A DNA stretch of 64,000 bases, from contig CAJINV010000003.1 of assembly GCA_905178155.1 (NCBI GenBank), forward strand, positions 7,983,882 to 8,047,881, read 5' to 3'. Made by a program: the position numbers and the translations under genes. Origin of the DNA: Amoebophrya sp. A120 (Eukaryota; Protista; Dinoflagellata). Positions 36,712 to 50,300 of the stretch are shown here, one piece after another; position 1 is the stretch's first letter, and each line of letters begins with the position of its first letter. The notes below the pieces were generated by a model. It saw only the letters and a list, made by a program, of their open reading frames with translations. It searched no databases and had not been told where the DNA came from.

Positions 36712-37425
36712 AGGTGCGGAGGTATTAGTAGAGTTTTTCAGAAGCAGAATTGAACGGAGACGAAGCAAAGTCCTCGAAAGTGCGACAGCCCGACTGTCCC
36801 AGATAGGCGGGTTTTGTTCTTCTAGAGGCTACCAGCCTGATGTGTTCTTGTGGCGCCGTTCACGAGCAGGAATTGCGTTCCAACAATCGAAAGTGTCATT
36901 GCCGTTCGCTTTTTCAGCTACTTTGTTGGTTCCAGTGTCCTCCCCGTGCGTCAACCTTTTGCGTTCTTGATTTTTGTTTATTTCTTCTGTAGTTTTCTAT
37001 TTCCACCTCTAGTTTCGGTGAGCTTATTACGGATCCATACTATCTTTCTGTTTCACATTTGATACTAGTACAGGATACATTTACATTTTGCCGGTAATCT
37101 TTAATATTTCGAGTTTTGCAAATTTTGCTTTTCATCACCTCAGTGTAGAAATGATAAAAAGTGTTCTAATGGCCTCACACGGGAACGTTTTTTCTCGCCA
37201 ATGAGCAAGGGTGCGTTTCATTTTGGAAAAAGAAAACAGAACGCGGTCGCTCCCATCATTGGAAAGAGGCAAAGGAAGCGCTGCGCGACCCGCTCTCGCA
37301 TCTTTCCGAGCTGCGCATCTCTTAATCTGGATGTGTAGGTAACGACCGAATTGCCTTACACTTCTGGCTATTTTGCAACGACGTCGTGCGAGTCCATTTC
37401 GGCCGTCTTCCGCCTGCTTGTGTAG

Positions 37426-40400
37426 AACTGTTTGCTCTTCATCTGCATCATGTCGATTCTCTCCCCGGCTGATCTGCGGAAGATGATCTTCGAATGGGTC
37501 TGCAAAATATGGATCAGGAAACTTTTCTCCCTTGTGCTTGTCTATCTTGAAATAGGAGCGCTAGAAAGGAGACTAGACCCGACGTGGGCACTTTCGGGGT
37601 CGCATGCCCTCCTGAAGAACGCAGCCATTGATTTCGCCGTTCGTTGAAGAAGAAGAACGTTGCGCGCCGTTCTCGTTCTTGCAAATCTATGCATGTTGCT
37701 CTCGTTGTTCTCTAGAAACAGAAAACAGACTGATGTAAAAAACCAGAGGGAAGGGATAGGGAAGTTTTTTCTTTCCAGGCACTGCTGCTGATATCATTCA
37801 CACCTCACGAGTACCGCCAAGATCGGATCGAAAACGTACTTTCAACTGCCTATTTTCATTTCTACACATCTTGCATTCGTTTTTGTAAAGGCCAATTTGT
37901 TTATTGGGTAAATGGAATTGCTCGAGTAAAACTAAAACCACCGGTAGAGGATTTTCAGTTTTGTCATCGTACTGCATTGATTTTGTGTACTCATTTTCGC
38001 AGGCGGCAAGCGGAGTACCTCGTTTCAGTTGGTTACGCACGAAGAGAGTAATTGTCGAAGCGTTTTGGGACCGCGGGCGCAGGACTTTTTTGAGAACGGC
38101 CTACGGCAAGTACTTGTGTTTGATGTATTCGAGGCGGAGCAGGTGATATCCAGGAAAAAAACTGAGTGAGTATAACGCTTTTAGGAAAACAGCAACAGAG
38201 ATTAGACAGCTAAAACTAACTTGTCATGCGCAGGTAGTGTGCGAAAGCTAATTTGTGAAACGAGCCTATGACGCATGGCGACGATGACAAGCGCAACTGT
38301 CTTGTTGTTTATATTTACACAGTTTTTTTCTTGCATAGGTGGGGACTGTGCGGCGGACCAGCTCCACCTTGAGTCACCGGTCTATGGCGGCCAGCCAGCA
38401 GAGCAGCACGCTCCCGTCCCCGGACGACTGCGAGACTGTAAACACGAACTGCAGCCCCGAGGACGTCAGTGTGAGTCCAGGAGGAAGCTTGTTGCTCAAT
38501 CGCCAACAGTCGTTGACCGGGAACTACACGACTACCGGAGGGGGTGACCGGTCAGGCATCGTACTCGCACCGCAGAGAATTGGGGGGGACCGGGACCGGG
38601 ACCGCCCTGCTGCTGCGGAATTGCGGCCACCCGTGCAGCAGCAGCACGCGGGCACAACTACAAGTGCGATCCGAGTTGTTGGCGGCGCGGAACAAGCGGA
38701 TGCAGCCGCAGGCGGGCGCAATTCCCATGCCGGTGTTTTAGTCGGAGGAGCTCCACCCGGAAGCAGTGCCGCATCGTCCTCTTCCTCAGCCGGACTCGTC
38801 GCGACTGGAGCTTCTTCCAGCGCCGCAGCCACAGCGCCAACCGCATTGCAGCAAGCGAGCCCGCGACCTCTGATGGGGTCGGCGCGATCGGTTCGCAGCA
38901 CCGCAACAACCACGACGAGCGGAGGCGGTCGGCCGGGCCGCCGACTCACCGCCTCGTGGGACGACGCCGAAGATGTTGTCTCCCTGTGCGATCCACCGCA
39001 AACGCAGGATATAGCTACCAAACAGGCTGTCCCAACCGATCTCGTGAGGTCCCGGGCAGGAAAGGCGGAGGGTGAGTTTATTCCATCTTAATCTTTTTCG
39101 TCTCCTGAAGATGTTGCCTTGAGCACTTACTGCCTGCTCAACAATCAATCTCAGCTTTGCTTTCATCCCCCTGATTTATTCGCTGACCGCGAATTAGTTA
39201 GTTTGCGTATTCCCGCCAAGCACAGAGTTTCTACTGTTTGAATTTTCTCAGATGACGGCACCGCAATGCTTGTTTCAACGACCGGCGTGGCAGGGTCAAG
39301 TTTGTCACTGCGTGACTCCCCCGGAATTGAGTCCCAGACCCGCAGCGGCGGAGCGACGGACTTGAGCACCCAAGCGTCTACCGTGCTGGCAGAGGACACG
39401 CCTTTTCTCACGCGCGCGGACACTGCGTCCTTGCCGAAGACGACGAGTGGAGGATCTTTGAGCAGTCAGCCAACAAATGGACGGAAGGGTGCGCGGCCGC
39501 CGCGCAACGGGGAATTGCCGGCACTCCCACTGCATTTGGATATGTCGGGAAGCGCGCGCACGCAGGGCAGCAGCACGCGCACACCAGTGGAGGAGGAGGC
39601 GCGCATCGACATGCAAGCCAGTTGGGGCGCGCACTCGAACGCGTCCTCGCGAGCGTCTGAAAGCACCCGTCGGCCGCGTCGACGCGTGGTCGAGCGTTGG
39701 GTGTGCGGCTTCGGACAGGGGGGTCCCGTGCGGAGCGTCACCGCCGGCGTTGCGCCTGGACAACGCGGGATGTCGTCCAGCCAAAGCATGATGTCGTCGT
39801 CGCGGTATAATAGCGGCTCTCGGTCAGCGCAGGACCACTACGACGCCGGAACGCCGGCCGCAAGCAGGGCGACCACGACCACCGGTGCCTCGCCGCGCGG
39901 TAGTGTCGTAGCCGGAACCCCTGGGACAACATCTTCCACAGCTGGCCTCTCCTCGCTCAGTGGCAGTACGAGCGGAACAAGTGGGCAGCAGCAACCGAGT
40001 GGTCTCACGCTGCGTCGACTGGACGAACGAGTGATGCGGAAGTTGAGTACGGCGTGCCGCTCGCTGCTGGTGCTCACCCGCGTGCTTCCCAGCTACAACA
40101 TGGCGCGCAAGAAGGTGCCACTCTACATGCACATCTACTTCGCGGACCCCAACGTGGTCCTGTCCCCGGTGCCGGAGGAGCTCCTGCAAGTACCCAGCTC
40201 CATCGGCACGCTGACATTCTCGTTGGCGCGGGGACGACAGAGCTCCGTCACCCGCCGGATGCAGGCGACTACGCCTCTCATCGTCCGCAACTCGCAACTC
40301 TACAACCAGGTGGGAAACAAAATTTCTGTCAGTGAAGGCTACGTTTTGGACCAAATCTCCCATGACGGCCTCACCGAAGCGACGGATGTATAAACATAAA

Positions 40401-43400
40401 AGTTCGGTTTTTTTCTTGTGTTGATTACTAGTAACCTCATCCAGGGCCGCTGCTCCTGCTGACGTAGAAGGTTCATCTCGTTTCTTTCGATTATGTTTCG
40501 TCTGATCTAGAGCACAAACACTAAATACAAAAATGCGAACAGTTGTTCAGCGAGCGCTCAAAGGATTTCCGCCCTCCCAGTCGGCGGAACTCGCAGATGC
40601 AGTACCAACATCCTGGTACTATGTCTACTAGTGGTCTCCTCGGTGAAAGCAGCAACGCTGGTTCTGCATCAGCCCACGGGCCGCGGGCCGGCAGCGCGGC
40701 TGCCTCGTCGTCGACGTCTGGTGAGCGCGACGAAGTGAAGATGGGTTTGTACGGGCTCGAAGGTGAGTCGTCTAGCAGTTCGTTGGGCGGGGACAACAAG
40801 TTTGTTCGCGATGGGCTGCAAGCTAGCAGCGGGGGATCGTCGTCGGTCATGTCGGAGAACATTCTTGTGGTGGAACAAGATCAGGACGAGGACTCGCGGA
40901 GGTCGCGTGGATCGGGAGCGGTGGAAATGGAGATGCGCGGACTCGACGAACTGTCTCCTGCAACGGAGACGCCGCCGGTGCTGGTCTATGGCGATACCAT
41001 TCTTGAATCGTCCGCAAAACGATCGCCGAACCCCTCTGCAGAAGAGCACGATCTGAATGGGAGCCCGCCCGACCACGGCGGGAGGACTTCGTCTACGTCG
41101 CGGCGGGACAGTGGGCTGCGCGATCCAGCCTCAGACGGAAGGTCTCGCGGCGAGCCGCCGCTCGCCAGCGCCGCGGAAGAACTGGGACGAGGCAAGAATG
41201 CCTTTCGAATGCAAGAACTTCTGCAATCCCCCCCTGATGTGGGAACAAAAACAGCGGCTAGTAGAGAAAAAGCTACTTCCTCCTCGTTATCTTCTTCATC
41301 GCAGCCGGAAGATAGTAGAACAGCGGGAAGAAGAAGCACTACACACCAATCGCCACCGCAGCTGCCTCCGGGCATGCTAGCGAACAGCAGTCTCGATGTT
41401 CTTTCCCCCGAACATCAAGACGGGAGGTACGACGCGAGTCCGCTGCTGCGCGAGCTGAATCCGTTTCTGCCACGGGTCAACTCGGAGGAGCAGCAGGACC
41501 AGGTGCAGGACGCAGAAACGCAGGCCTTGATGGAAGCTTTTGTGATTTCCGCGCGCGCGCTGCAGCTCGATGACCTGTTCGGCCGCTACGAGGACGCCTA
41601 TCTCACGCAAGACGAGCTCAGCCGTCGTCTCGCCTACTACAGTCAGCGATCGGGGTCGTGACGAGCGGCTTGGAAGCTGCTGCAAAGGCGAGAAATCATA
41701 GAATACAGTAAGTACTCCCTGGCTCCTGGTCCTGGCGGTCACGGTGTTCTATTTCCCTTCGCAACAGGCACAGTACAGCCTACTCCGAGACGGAGAACGC
41801 AGCAAGATGTGTGGATACTTTGAAGATTTTTCCTGCTTGCCAGAGATCTTATGGTGTATACGTCTTGCGACAAGCTGCAGGAAGTGCAGATAGAAGAGGA
41901 AGTGCCGAAGCCGGTCCCTTCATCGAAGAGATCGAGTAGATGCTCACTTTGCGTACTCAAATTTTTTGAATTGCAGTTGCGCGACTTCTTGCGAGGATTC
42001 CTTCGCCCTGTAGTGTTGACACATCAATGCCATGGCCGCATGCAGTGGCGGTCTATTCCTCTTCTTTACGATTGTAGTCGTTTCTGCGCTGGGGGTGGTC
42101 CGGGGGTCTTGACGACACTACTTGAATCATGTCAGACATAATCGTTCTTGCCGAATGCATTTATCTATTGCAGCCTTTTTGAACTCGGTCGCGGTTTTTA
42201 TAGCTTTTCGGGCACTGGATGATCAGGACTCTTCTATCGCGTTTGTCTATATCATCTTGATTATAGCCCTCGTCATCTTTCGTCTGTCTCAGAACTGCTC
42301 GATACTTGTGCTCGACCTGCCATTGGTACGACTCGGCGATGACTCTTGTCGGACCCGGAGGGGTCGGAGGCACTGTGCAGCTGGACAATTTATCGGCTTC
42401 TGCCTTGGGAGGACCTCCGCGTCCGCGGTCGAGTAGTGGCGCGGGAGCTGCGAATCATACCAAGATGAAATCCATCCCACTCCGATGATTCCAAGGGGAG
42501 TGCACACAGTGCATGATGAGCTCCTTTTGCAGCCACGGGCGCAACTTTTGTAGCGTAAGCATGAAATGGTGATGAAACCTCGTTCTGTGTCTCCAGTGGA
42601 ACAACGCCCCCAGTGGTTCTGTTTCGCTCACAGAATGGAGAACACACTTTTGAGGCGTGTCAGGGACTGAGGAATGCGGTTGGCAAAATGATTCTATGTC
42701 GAAGTCGACGTATGTGTAGTTTGTTTCATTCGTTTTGCTGAACATTCAGTATTAGTATACAAGAGCAGGAGCAACAGTAGAGATGTGCACTCTTCTTCGG
42801 GGCCTGAGGAAGAATATTGGATTTTTTTCTGATAAGCCAGCATGCGTACTCGGGGGCTGCTGGCAGCGCGTCCAGCTCTGCGATGCCGCAGTCGCCGCGG
42901 TTGTCGGAGAGCAGCATGGGCACGCTCGGGAGCTCTATCACAAAGAAAAGCGCAGCACCCTAACGAACCGCGAGACCATTCAATAAAAATGAAGATTTAT
43001 AATTTGATGTTTTGCATTGCACTTTCGAAAAAATTGCCAGAATAGGGCAAGGAAAAGGAAAGAGCAACAACTGATAGGCAAAGCTGATCATAGTGCGTAG
43101 TATGGGTCGTGCGCTTTTCTGTTCGTTTTGGATAGGCTCGATGTACAATCAAAACATCGAGGTTTTGATGGGGACCACGGGGCACCGGACCTCCGTCGGC
43201 GAGGAGATGGAGCAGCACCTAAAGATAAAGCTGCAGGCTATGGTCGCCACGCGCTTCGAGGATTACATCGAAATCGTTGATACCGTGCAAAATGAGCGGG
43301 AAGGTGTTGATGAGTATTCTTACTTCCTAAAACGATTGTGCTGCTTCGCTGTCCTTAGAAGACTCCGCCGAACAGTAGAAGGCTGCATGTGCTAATATAG

Positions 43401-44786
43401 CGTTTCGCAACAGTGCGACTCTGCGCCAGATCTCTGTTTAAGTTGTACGGAAGAAGGAATTTGGGCACGTCGTCTCCTTTTCAAAGCCGAATGCAACATA
43501 GTTCCAAAACTAATACTCCATATCCACGAACTAACAGCTGGCAAGCTGCGGTATCTGGACTGCAGATTACTAACTTCGTGTCCGGCGAAGTCGGGGATCA
43601 GCATTTGCGTGCAGTCGGAGTCCCAATTTTTGGTATACGTGAACAACACGGCGCCGAGCAAGGTGGTGTCCTCCTCCTCGAAGACCACGCCCTTGGGCGA
43701 TCATCCGGAGTCCACCGCTGGGGCCGACCCTTACCACCAGGCGGCCTCGAGTTCGTCCTCCCGGCCACCCATCTCGCTTAATATGGACCACCAGCAGTAC
43801 AACAACCCCCACGTCGGCCTCCGCGTGCCGTCACCCTCGCAGTCCCCCCCACTGCCGTTCAGCGGAGCGGCCTCCGGGTCCCTGTTCGCCGAGCACTCGC
43901 CACCCACTTCCACGGTGGGGGGGCTCGCGGCGGCCAGGTCGGGGTTCGCGGCTTCGACCAGTGGCGGCGAGTGGTCCGAGCAGGAATGGTCCCCGCGTGA
44001 AGACGGGGACGGGGAGGAGTCGGCTTCTTCCTCCAGTTTCGTGCTCCGCGAGCTCGAGACCGCGCGGCGCTCGTCGGACCTGGGCAGCTCCGTGGACCGC
44101 AACAACTCGGACCCGCTGGCGGCACTGTCGCGCGAGCCGTCCCTCAGTGCGCAAAGCAAGCATCAAGTTCTGGCCGCGGCAACGGAGCAGCCCTCGTCCA
44201 GTTCCAGTACGCCTGCATTCGGACCCGCGACCCGAGTGCAGATGCAGAGCACAACAACCGGACTGCATCAAAGTGGCCATGCGTCGAGAGCAGCAGACCT
44301 GCTTCAGCAGCACGCGCATCTTGCTACGCAGCCGCACAATAATTCCGATCATGTGCTGCCTTCGGCCGCAGAAGCAGTGCTGTCGAGTATGAATCATAAT
44401 CTTCAACACGCGCCGCGAATGGAACAATCCGATGCAAAGTTTCCTTCAACCGCCACCGCGCCCGGGCTTGTAGCGGACAACTTCACGGACGCGGTGCAAC
44501 TCCTGTCGCGCGAACCTTCGCCGCAGAAGAGCAGCTCCGCTTCTTCCAATCCGCGCCCGCCTCCGGAACGCCTATTACCGCTCGAGGAGGAGGAAGATGA
44601 GGCGCTTCTTCAGCGGCGCAGCGCCTCGGCGGTAGCTTCGACCTCGCTGTTAACTACGAGCTCAATGAAGAGTTCCGGGAGCAATCACCACGCCGCGCGT
44701 ACCTATTCCTTGGACGTGAATTTTTCGGCCGAGGGAAGCGACCGCGCCAAGAAAAGTGTGAACGAGTCGCCATCGCACGTGCATAA
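37426..44786 (+). CDS. Large multi-exon protein with S/A/G-rich regions and hydrophobic (TM-like) exons; ends uncertain, probably continues into the TPR exons
   Basis: In-frame GT-AG joins at 38143-38338, 39072-39251, 40388-40542 and about 43304-43538. TM-like segments PWLLVLAVTVFYF and IAFVYIILIIALVIF. The 5' exons and the 41.7-43.1 kb structure are not resolved. Confidence 0.5.
38154..38330. repeat. Intronic inverted repeat, 22 bp with two G-U pairs
   Basis: GAAAAAAACTGAGTGAGTATAA (38154-38175) versus TTATATTTACACAGTTTTTTTC (38309-38330), inside GT-AG intron 38143-38338. Confidence 0.85.
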
Positions 44787-44893
44787 GTACCATACTCCAT
44801 CATAGACCTAGCAATAGCGAATCCTAGGCCGAACCTTTATTTACCACAGCGTGTGTTTATTCGCCCTTGTGAAGTTGCTACTCGGTGCAGGAT

Positions 44894-44917
44894 TGATGAT
44901 GATGATGATAATGATAA
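44894..44917. repeat. (TGA)n/(TAA) microsatellite in a probable intron
   Basis: TGATGATGATGATGATAATGATAA. Confidence 0.85.
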
Positions 44918-45000
44918 TACTCAATTTGTTGGAGCGGAGTGAAATTTTGGGGCTGTGCTTTTGTGTTAGTACTGGCTGAACTCCAAACTACCTTCCTCAG

Positions 45001-46370
45001 AACCGTGTCCGCCACGACAGTGCTATCTTCCCGATCGGCTGCAAGTGCCGCTAGTCCGAAGCTGTCTCCATCGAAAGCGCGGCGGACGAGTCCAAGCAAG
45101 TTGAAGCAGGGTTTGCAAAGCTGGGCGGAAGAAGTCAACTCGTTCGGACAGAGTGGCTCCTGCGTGTCGCTGTCTGCCTTACTGGAGCATGGATACGTCG
45201 TGTGGAAGAATCATCTGAAAGGTACCATTACTCAGGAGTAGAGTTTGTCTGCCCTCGTAGCACCGCACGACTGCTGGTTGTTGCGATGTGGAACACTAAA
45301 CCCTAAACGCGACTGACGACAGAAAACATGATGATGTGTGTTCTCACGTAGACTAAAACTAGGTAAATAAATGTATGATACATACTTAACGCAAGTTCTC
45401 AACCCTACCACAGATGACCTGATGCGGAGCCTGTCTTCTTCGAAAGGGAAGCGGCCTCTCGGCGCTTTCGGGTCGTACGTCGGAAACAGTAACCAGGGTA
45501 TCACGGCCGCCAGTCTGCACGACGAGGCACACCGCTGGTTCAACCAGGAGCAGTTCGAAAAGGCGGCGGCCTGCTGCGTGGAGGCGTTGCGATGTGAACG
45601 CACACTAAAAGGGACCAACATCAGCCTGTACAAGAACATTCTGCGGTTGCGGGCAGAAGCGTACTTTCACTTGGAAAAGTACCAACTCTGCCTCAACGAC
45701 GTCGAGGGGAAGCTGCTCGTGCTGGAGAAGACGGACGGCATGCTGTACTACCGGCAAGCCATGGCGCTCAAGTCGCTCGGCCGCGCCGAAAAGGCTTTAG
45801 AAGCGATCATGACTGCGATGCACCACGAACCCCAAAACGTGTTACTGGAAGAGGTAAAAATAAATGAATTTCTATACCGGATTATACGTTAGCGAGTAAT
45901 TGCTATTGCTTTGTCCTCCATGACAGTCTGCACCCCTCTCCTGCAGCAAACGCAGAAAGCGAATCACATATACAGTATTTTGTGATGTTGTCCCGTATGT
46001 GAACAGAATGCAACAGCAGCATGATTTATTGCAGGCGTTCGCGTTGATCTTTGAGGAAGCGTCCAACGTTATCGCAAGCGGACGCCCAAAGCAAGACGAA
46101 ACAAGGTCGCCCCGCACCCGGGGCCGGCAGCGTGGTCCTCCGCGGCTGTCGGCTGCGGCGCTAGAAACCTTGTCTTCCACGACGCAAGCGACCCGCCTGT
46201 CTTCGCAGTCAACCACACCCTCGCCGTCCAACTACTCGCGAAGCAGTTCTTTCTATGACAGTGCACAACTCCCCCTACCCCTTATTGGTTTGGCGGGCAT
46301 GAGTAGGGAGAGAAGCGCCAGCAAAGAAAGATGCAGTTTAAACGTACCTTTAAGGCCTGTGGCTCGGTAG
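45001..46370 (+). CDS. TPR-repeat exons (three TPRs); separate gene or C-terminus of the upstream gene
   Basis: AHRWFNQEQFEKAAACCVEAL, LRAEAYFHLEKYQLCLNDV, YYRQAMALKSLGRAEKALEA. GT-AG introns 45222-45413 and 45854-46034. Confidence 0.8.
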
Positions 46371-47369
46371 CACAGTCCCTCCGGTAAGCATGCCAAATCA
46401 GGGGGAGGAGGAATTGTGCACTCCCATACTGTCGACAAGGCACTCCTTGAGGAAATGTGAGGACGATTAGAGCAGGTAGCTCTCGAGAGCTACATGTTCG
46501 CGCAACTAATGTAGCTCATATGTGTTTTGTCTTCTGCCTCTGAGCACGTCAGCGCCGGTGCTCTGTGCGGGTATCCTTTATGTTGCGCCGTGCGAAAGAA
46601 GGAAGGTGCCACTTTTGATCCACATTTTAGTCACGGCGTCGTGATGTTGGAGAATCAAAACATTAACATGCCTAACTGGAATGTTGAATCTAGTCACTTT
46701 CAAAAAGGGCATAGGGTGGATCGAATTTATGTCGATGGTGGATTTGAATGTGTTCATTTGGGTGCTACTCTTGGTTCAGGCTGGTACGGCAGATGTGTGT
46801 CGCTGTCGCGTATCAAAGCCGGCGGCACTAAGATGCGATATTTGCCAATCCGTTTTAGGCGCAAATGGATAGGGCAAACCAGCTTGACTGTTCAAGAAGA
46901 TTTGAAAATTGTAAGCCCTCAACAATACTAGCGTCAGCTCGACGACCTGTTATTTGCGTTTTGCGTTTTGTCTTCAGATCCATTTAAAAGCAACGAGACC
47001 GACCAAATTACAGATAATGATAGATCGTCGAAATAAACAGTCCTGGTATGTCTACTCAATGAATCAATAATGGGATCGTTTTGGCCACAGCACGGGGCCT
47101 TCTTTCGGACGACTGAAGGAGGCGGGGAATGCAGTAACTGTCAGCGGGCATTGGATCAGCTGTTGCCTCTGTGAAGAGAGTTGTCGCTCATGGCTGCTGG
47201 TAGTGGAGCTCTACTAGCAACAAACTCTGGTCAATTCGCCTGTAATGCAGCGGGGAAGGGGACCAACACGAGGTGGTGCTATTTCCGTCCACGGATCTTC
47301 AGTGTGTTGATGAAACGAAAGCTACTGCCATTGGCTAGGGGGCAGTAGAAGATTGCGTTCCTGCTCCAC

Positions 47370-50300
47370 ATGAACACAACCCTGGAGCTGTCGAGCATTA
47401 CCGGAGCCTATTCTGCGGCTGGCGGTTTCTTGGATGTTGAGTATGACTGGTCCCCGAAACCAAGAACCGCGCGCCAGTTTATCCGAGCCGAAGGAACGCT
47501 TTCTTCCTTGACGAGCAGTGCTAAATCCGCTTGCAAACCGGCGCAGGAGCAGAGCTTGACTGGTGGCAAGAAGCGCCTGCCGTCGCGGCAAGAAGGGACG
47601 AGGCAACTTTCACCACTCTCTTTGTCCGCAGCAAGAGAGAGCGCCGAAACGTTGGTAGCTGCCGACCCAAAAACTTCTTCCCCGTTCCTGTTCGCCGACA
47701 AGAAACTGCGCCGGGGGGAATGCGGCTCTCATTCCCAAGCGGCTCCACCTAAGCGAGGTTGTTTGGTACTGTTGCATTCGATGATTTTTCTGCGTATATA
47801 TGCTTGGTATTGGTTTTCCTCTTCTGTCGGTTCTTGGTTTTGCACCGCAACAACTGATGGAGTCACTATTTCAATACCGCAGGCCGGCCTTGCACCGCAT
47901 CCTAGTTGTCCCGTGGCACCCGTAATTGGCAAGTCGGAGTCTGCTGCAGAGGTTGTAGCACAGTGTGGAGGTGGACCAAGAGCAGACCAGACGGTCATTA
48001 TGGAGAAAGGGGAACATCACACCGAATCGGAATCGCAGAGAAGAAAAAAAGCGCGGGCGCTCCTGCTGTCTGACCTGCAGGAGGGCGAGCTAGCGGTTTG
48101 CCGAGAAGAGCTGGAGCGTGCGGAGACGCGGCGCGGTCAATTGGAACAGATTCTGGCGAAGACTGCGCAGGCCTTGGAGTCCAAGGACGCAAGAATCGCT
48201 GGGCTCGTGAAAGACCTGGAGGATGAGAGCCAAGCATTCTTTGTCGCGACAAAGAGGTTCGCGGAGACCGAACAGCGGCTCGAGGCAGCCCTTCAAGCTG
48301 CGAAACAGAACAATCACAGCTCCAACGACCTGGATGATGGGCCCCCGCCGTTGCCAAACACAGAAAATGCATCCTGGTCTCGGGTACAACTCGCCGCAAG
48401 AACCGCACATCAAAATAATGCAGAAGATGACGAGAAACTAGAACTACCAGCACCCATAACCAGAACAGGAGCAGCTGCTGCGCGTCCTCCTCTAACGAGA
48501 GCTACGCAGAGCAGTGGGTCGTTTCTAGCAAACATGCCAGTGAGATCGAGTGTCCGTCGGTGCAGCCTTGAAAGTTTGCGTTCGACGGAGGGTCTGCGGC
48601 GGTCGACGATTTTCCCTTGCGACGAGCGGCAGCGGCCGGCATCTACTTCGCACGACCATGAGCAGGGGAGTAGGCGGAGTGTTTCTCGAAACACGCTAGG
48701 CAGCAATGCAGCGCTGGTTGGCCGACCGATTTCGCATGGTTCTAAAAATCGTCGGCACGCGGCCGACGAAATGCCCGCCCTTCGCTGCAAACGTGATGGT
48801 GGCGCAGGAGGTTCCGTCTCGTCTAGACATTCAAGTCGTCAGGGCACAGACGCGAGTCCGGTGCGACAAAGTGAAACGCAGCTCCAGCCGTTGGCGCTCC
48901 TGCACTCGAGCATATCGGTATCCAATGGCAAGGCTAGTTCCCCGGCGCTTTCATCTCTGTGTCCATGCCACCCGACTGCAGGCGTCGCGACCTCCGTCTC
49001 GAGAAACGAATTTTCAACTGCAAACTTTGCTGGGAGGAAGAAAGGCGTGAACAAGATGGGAAGCTGCAAAGAAAGTTGCTGCGGTGCGTCCATATCTTGC
49101 CGAGGAGGTCTCGGACATGACGTCAGGAGGAACCGCCTCGCGACAGGCGGAACCAATGTTGGAGAAGGTAGTCGTAGCTTTTCTTGCAGCCGAGCCAAAG
49201 GAAGTATTGGTGATTGTTCTGCGGTGAAACATCACGAGACGATACAACATCATGAAAGGACTTCTTCTGTGAATCGCGACCACGACCTGTCCACCTCACC
49301 AACATCTCTTGATGCGCTCCGTCTCGAGGCGGCGCCGCCGGCGAAACGTGAACAGATCTGCACACACGATGTGAATGACCAGGACGCGGAGTGTATGGCG
49401 AGTCGGAATGAGTTCGATCTGCATCCGTCGAGTCCCGGCGTGTCATCTTCGATCAGCAGCATTCCGCTGAACGACCAATTGGAGGACACCCGCAGTTTCC
49501 GGGCGGAGCATGACTTGCTGTGGTCGCTTTCCACTGCTCGCGGCGACCGGTTAGAGACCAGAGCGGACGATTGCAGGTCAACAAGCAGTTTCATGCCCCC
49601 GAGCCGTCTTGCCCGGCCAAAAGTGGGCGCGGCACTGGCGGAGACGACATTGCCACCTCTTCGCTTGCAGACCGCAGCGAGTGGGCCCCACGGCAACGAC
49701 GCTTGTGGCGGCACGCGACTGGAAGGAGAGATAGTACCTCCTCTACTCGAAAATGATGATGCGGGCAGCCTTGACTCTGTGCGATTTCGAACTCAAAACG
49801 ATGAGTGCCTTGCCACGACGAGAAGTAGAAGAACCGCGTCGGCGCAGCAGCTGCACAGCCGCACTTCCGCGGAACTGCTGGAGCAGCGGCAACAGGTGTA
49901 TGTGACTTCCGCTCCCGCGTTGCCGCACCTGCAAATGGAGTCGACAGCGGTTCATCTCCTTCGAGAAGCGCATCCGAGTGCAAGCGCATCGATCAGGAAG
50001 AATTATCAAAATATCGCACCATCGGTCGTGGGGACAGGAGAGGTTGGGCATCCTGTGTCGCACCAGCAAGCTGGTGGTTTGGCCCCTGTTGGTGCGCTGC
50101 GAGGTTGCAAGTCATCAGGCAAGAAGAAGTATTGCGATCAGTACCTCTACGGCACGAGTGGCGGCTTGGAAGTCCGACCAGCAAGTAACTACCACTGCAA
50201 CTCAAGCCACTCGAGCTTCTTTCAGCTTACTCCGGACCTGTCCCCGCGGTGCTCCCCGAAGCCGGTGACGCGGTCCCCGAAACCCTCACTCGGGGGCCAG

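Noticed and set aside
37368-37628. Two-exon minus-strand mini-gene (MAAFFRR...)
   Set aside because: It overlaps a probable + strand exon and an intron with its own stem; best explained as an antisense shadow.
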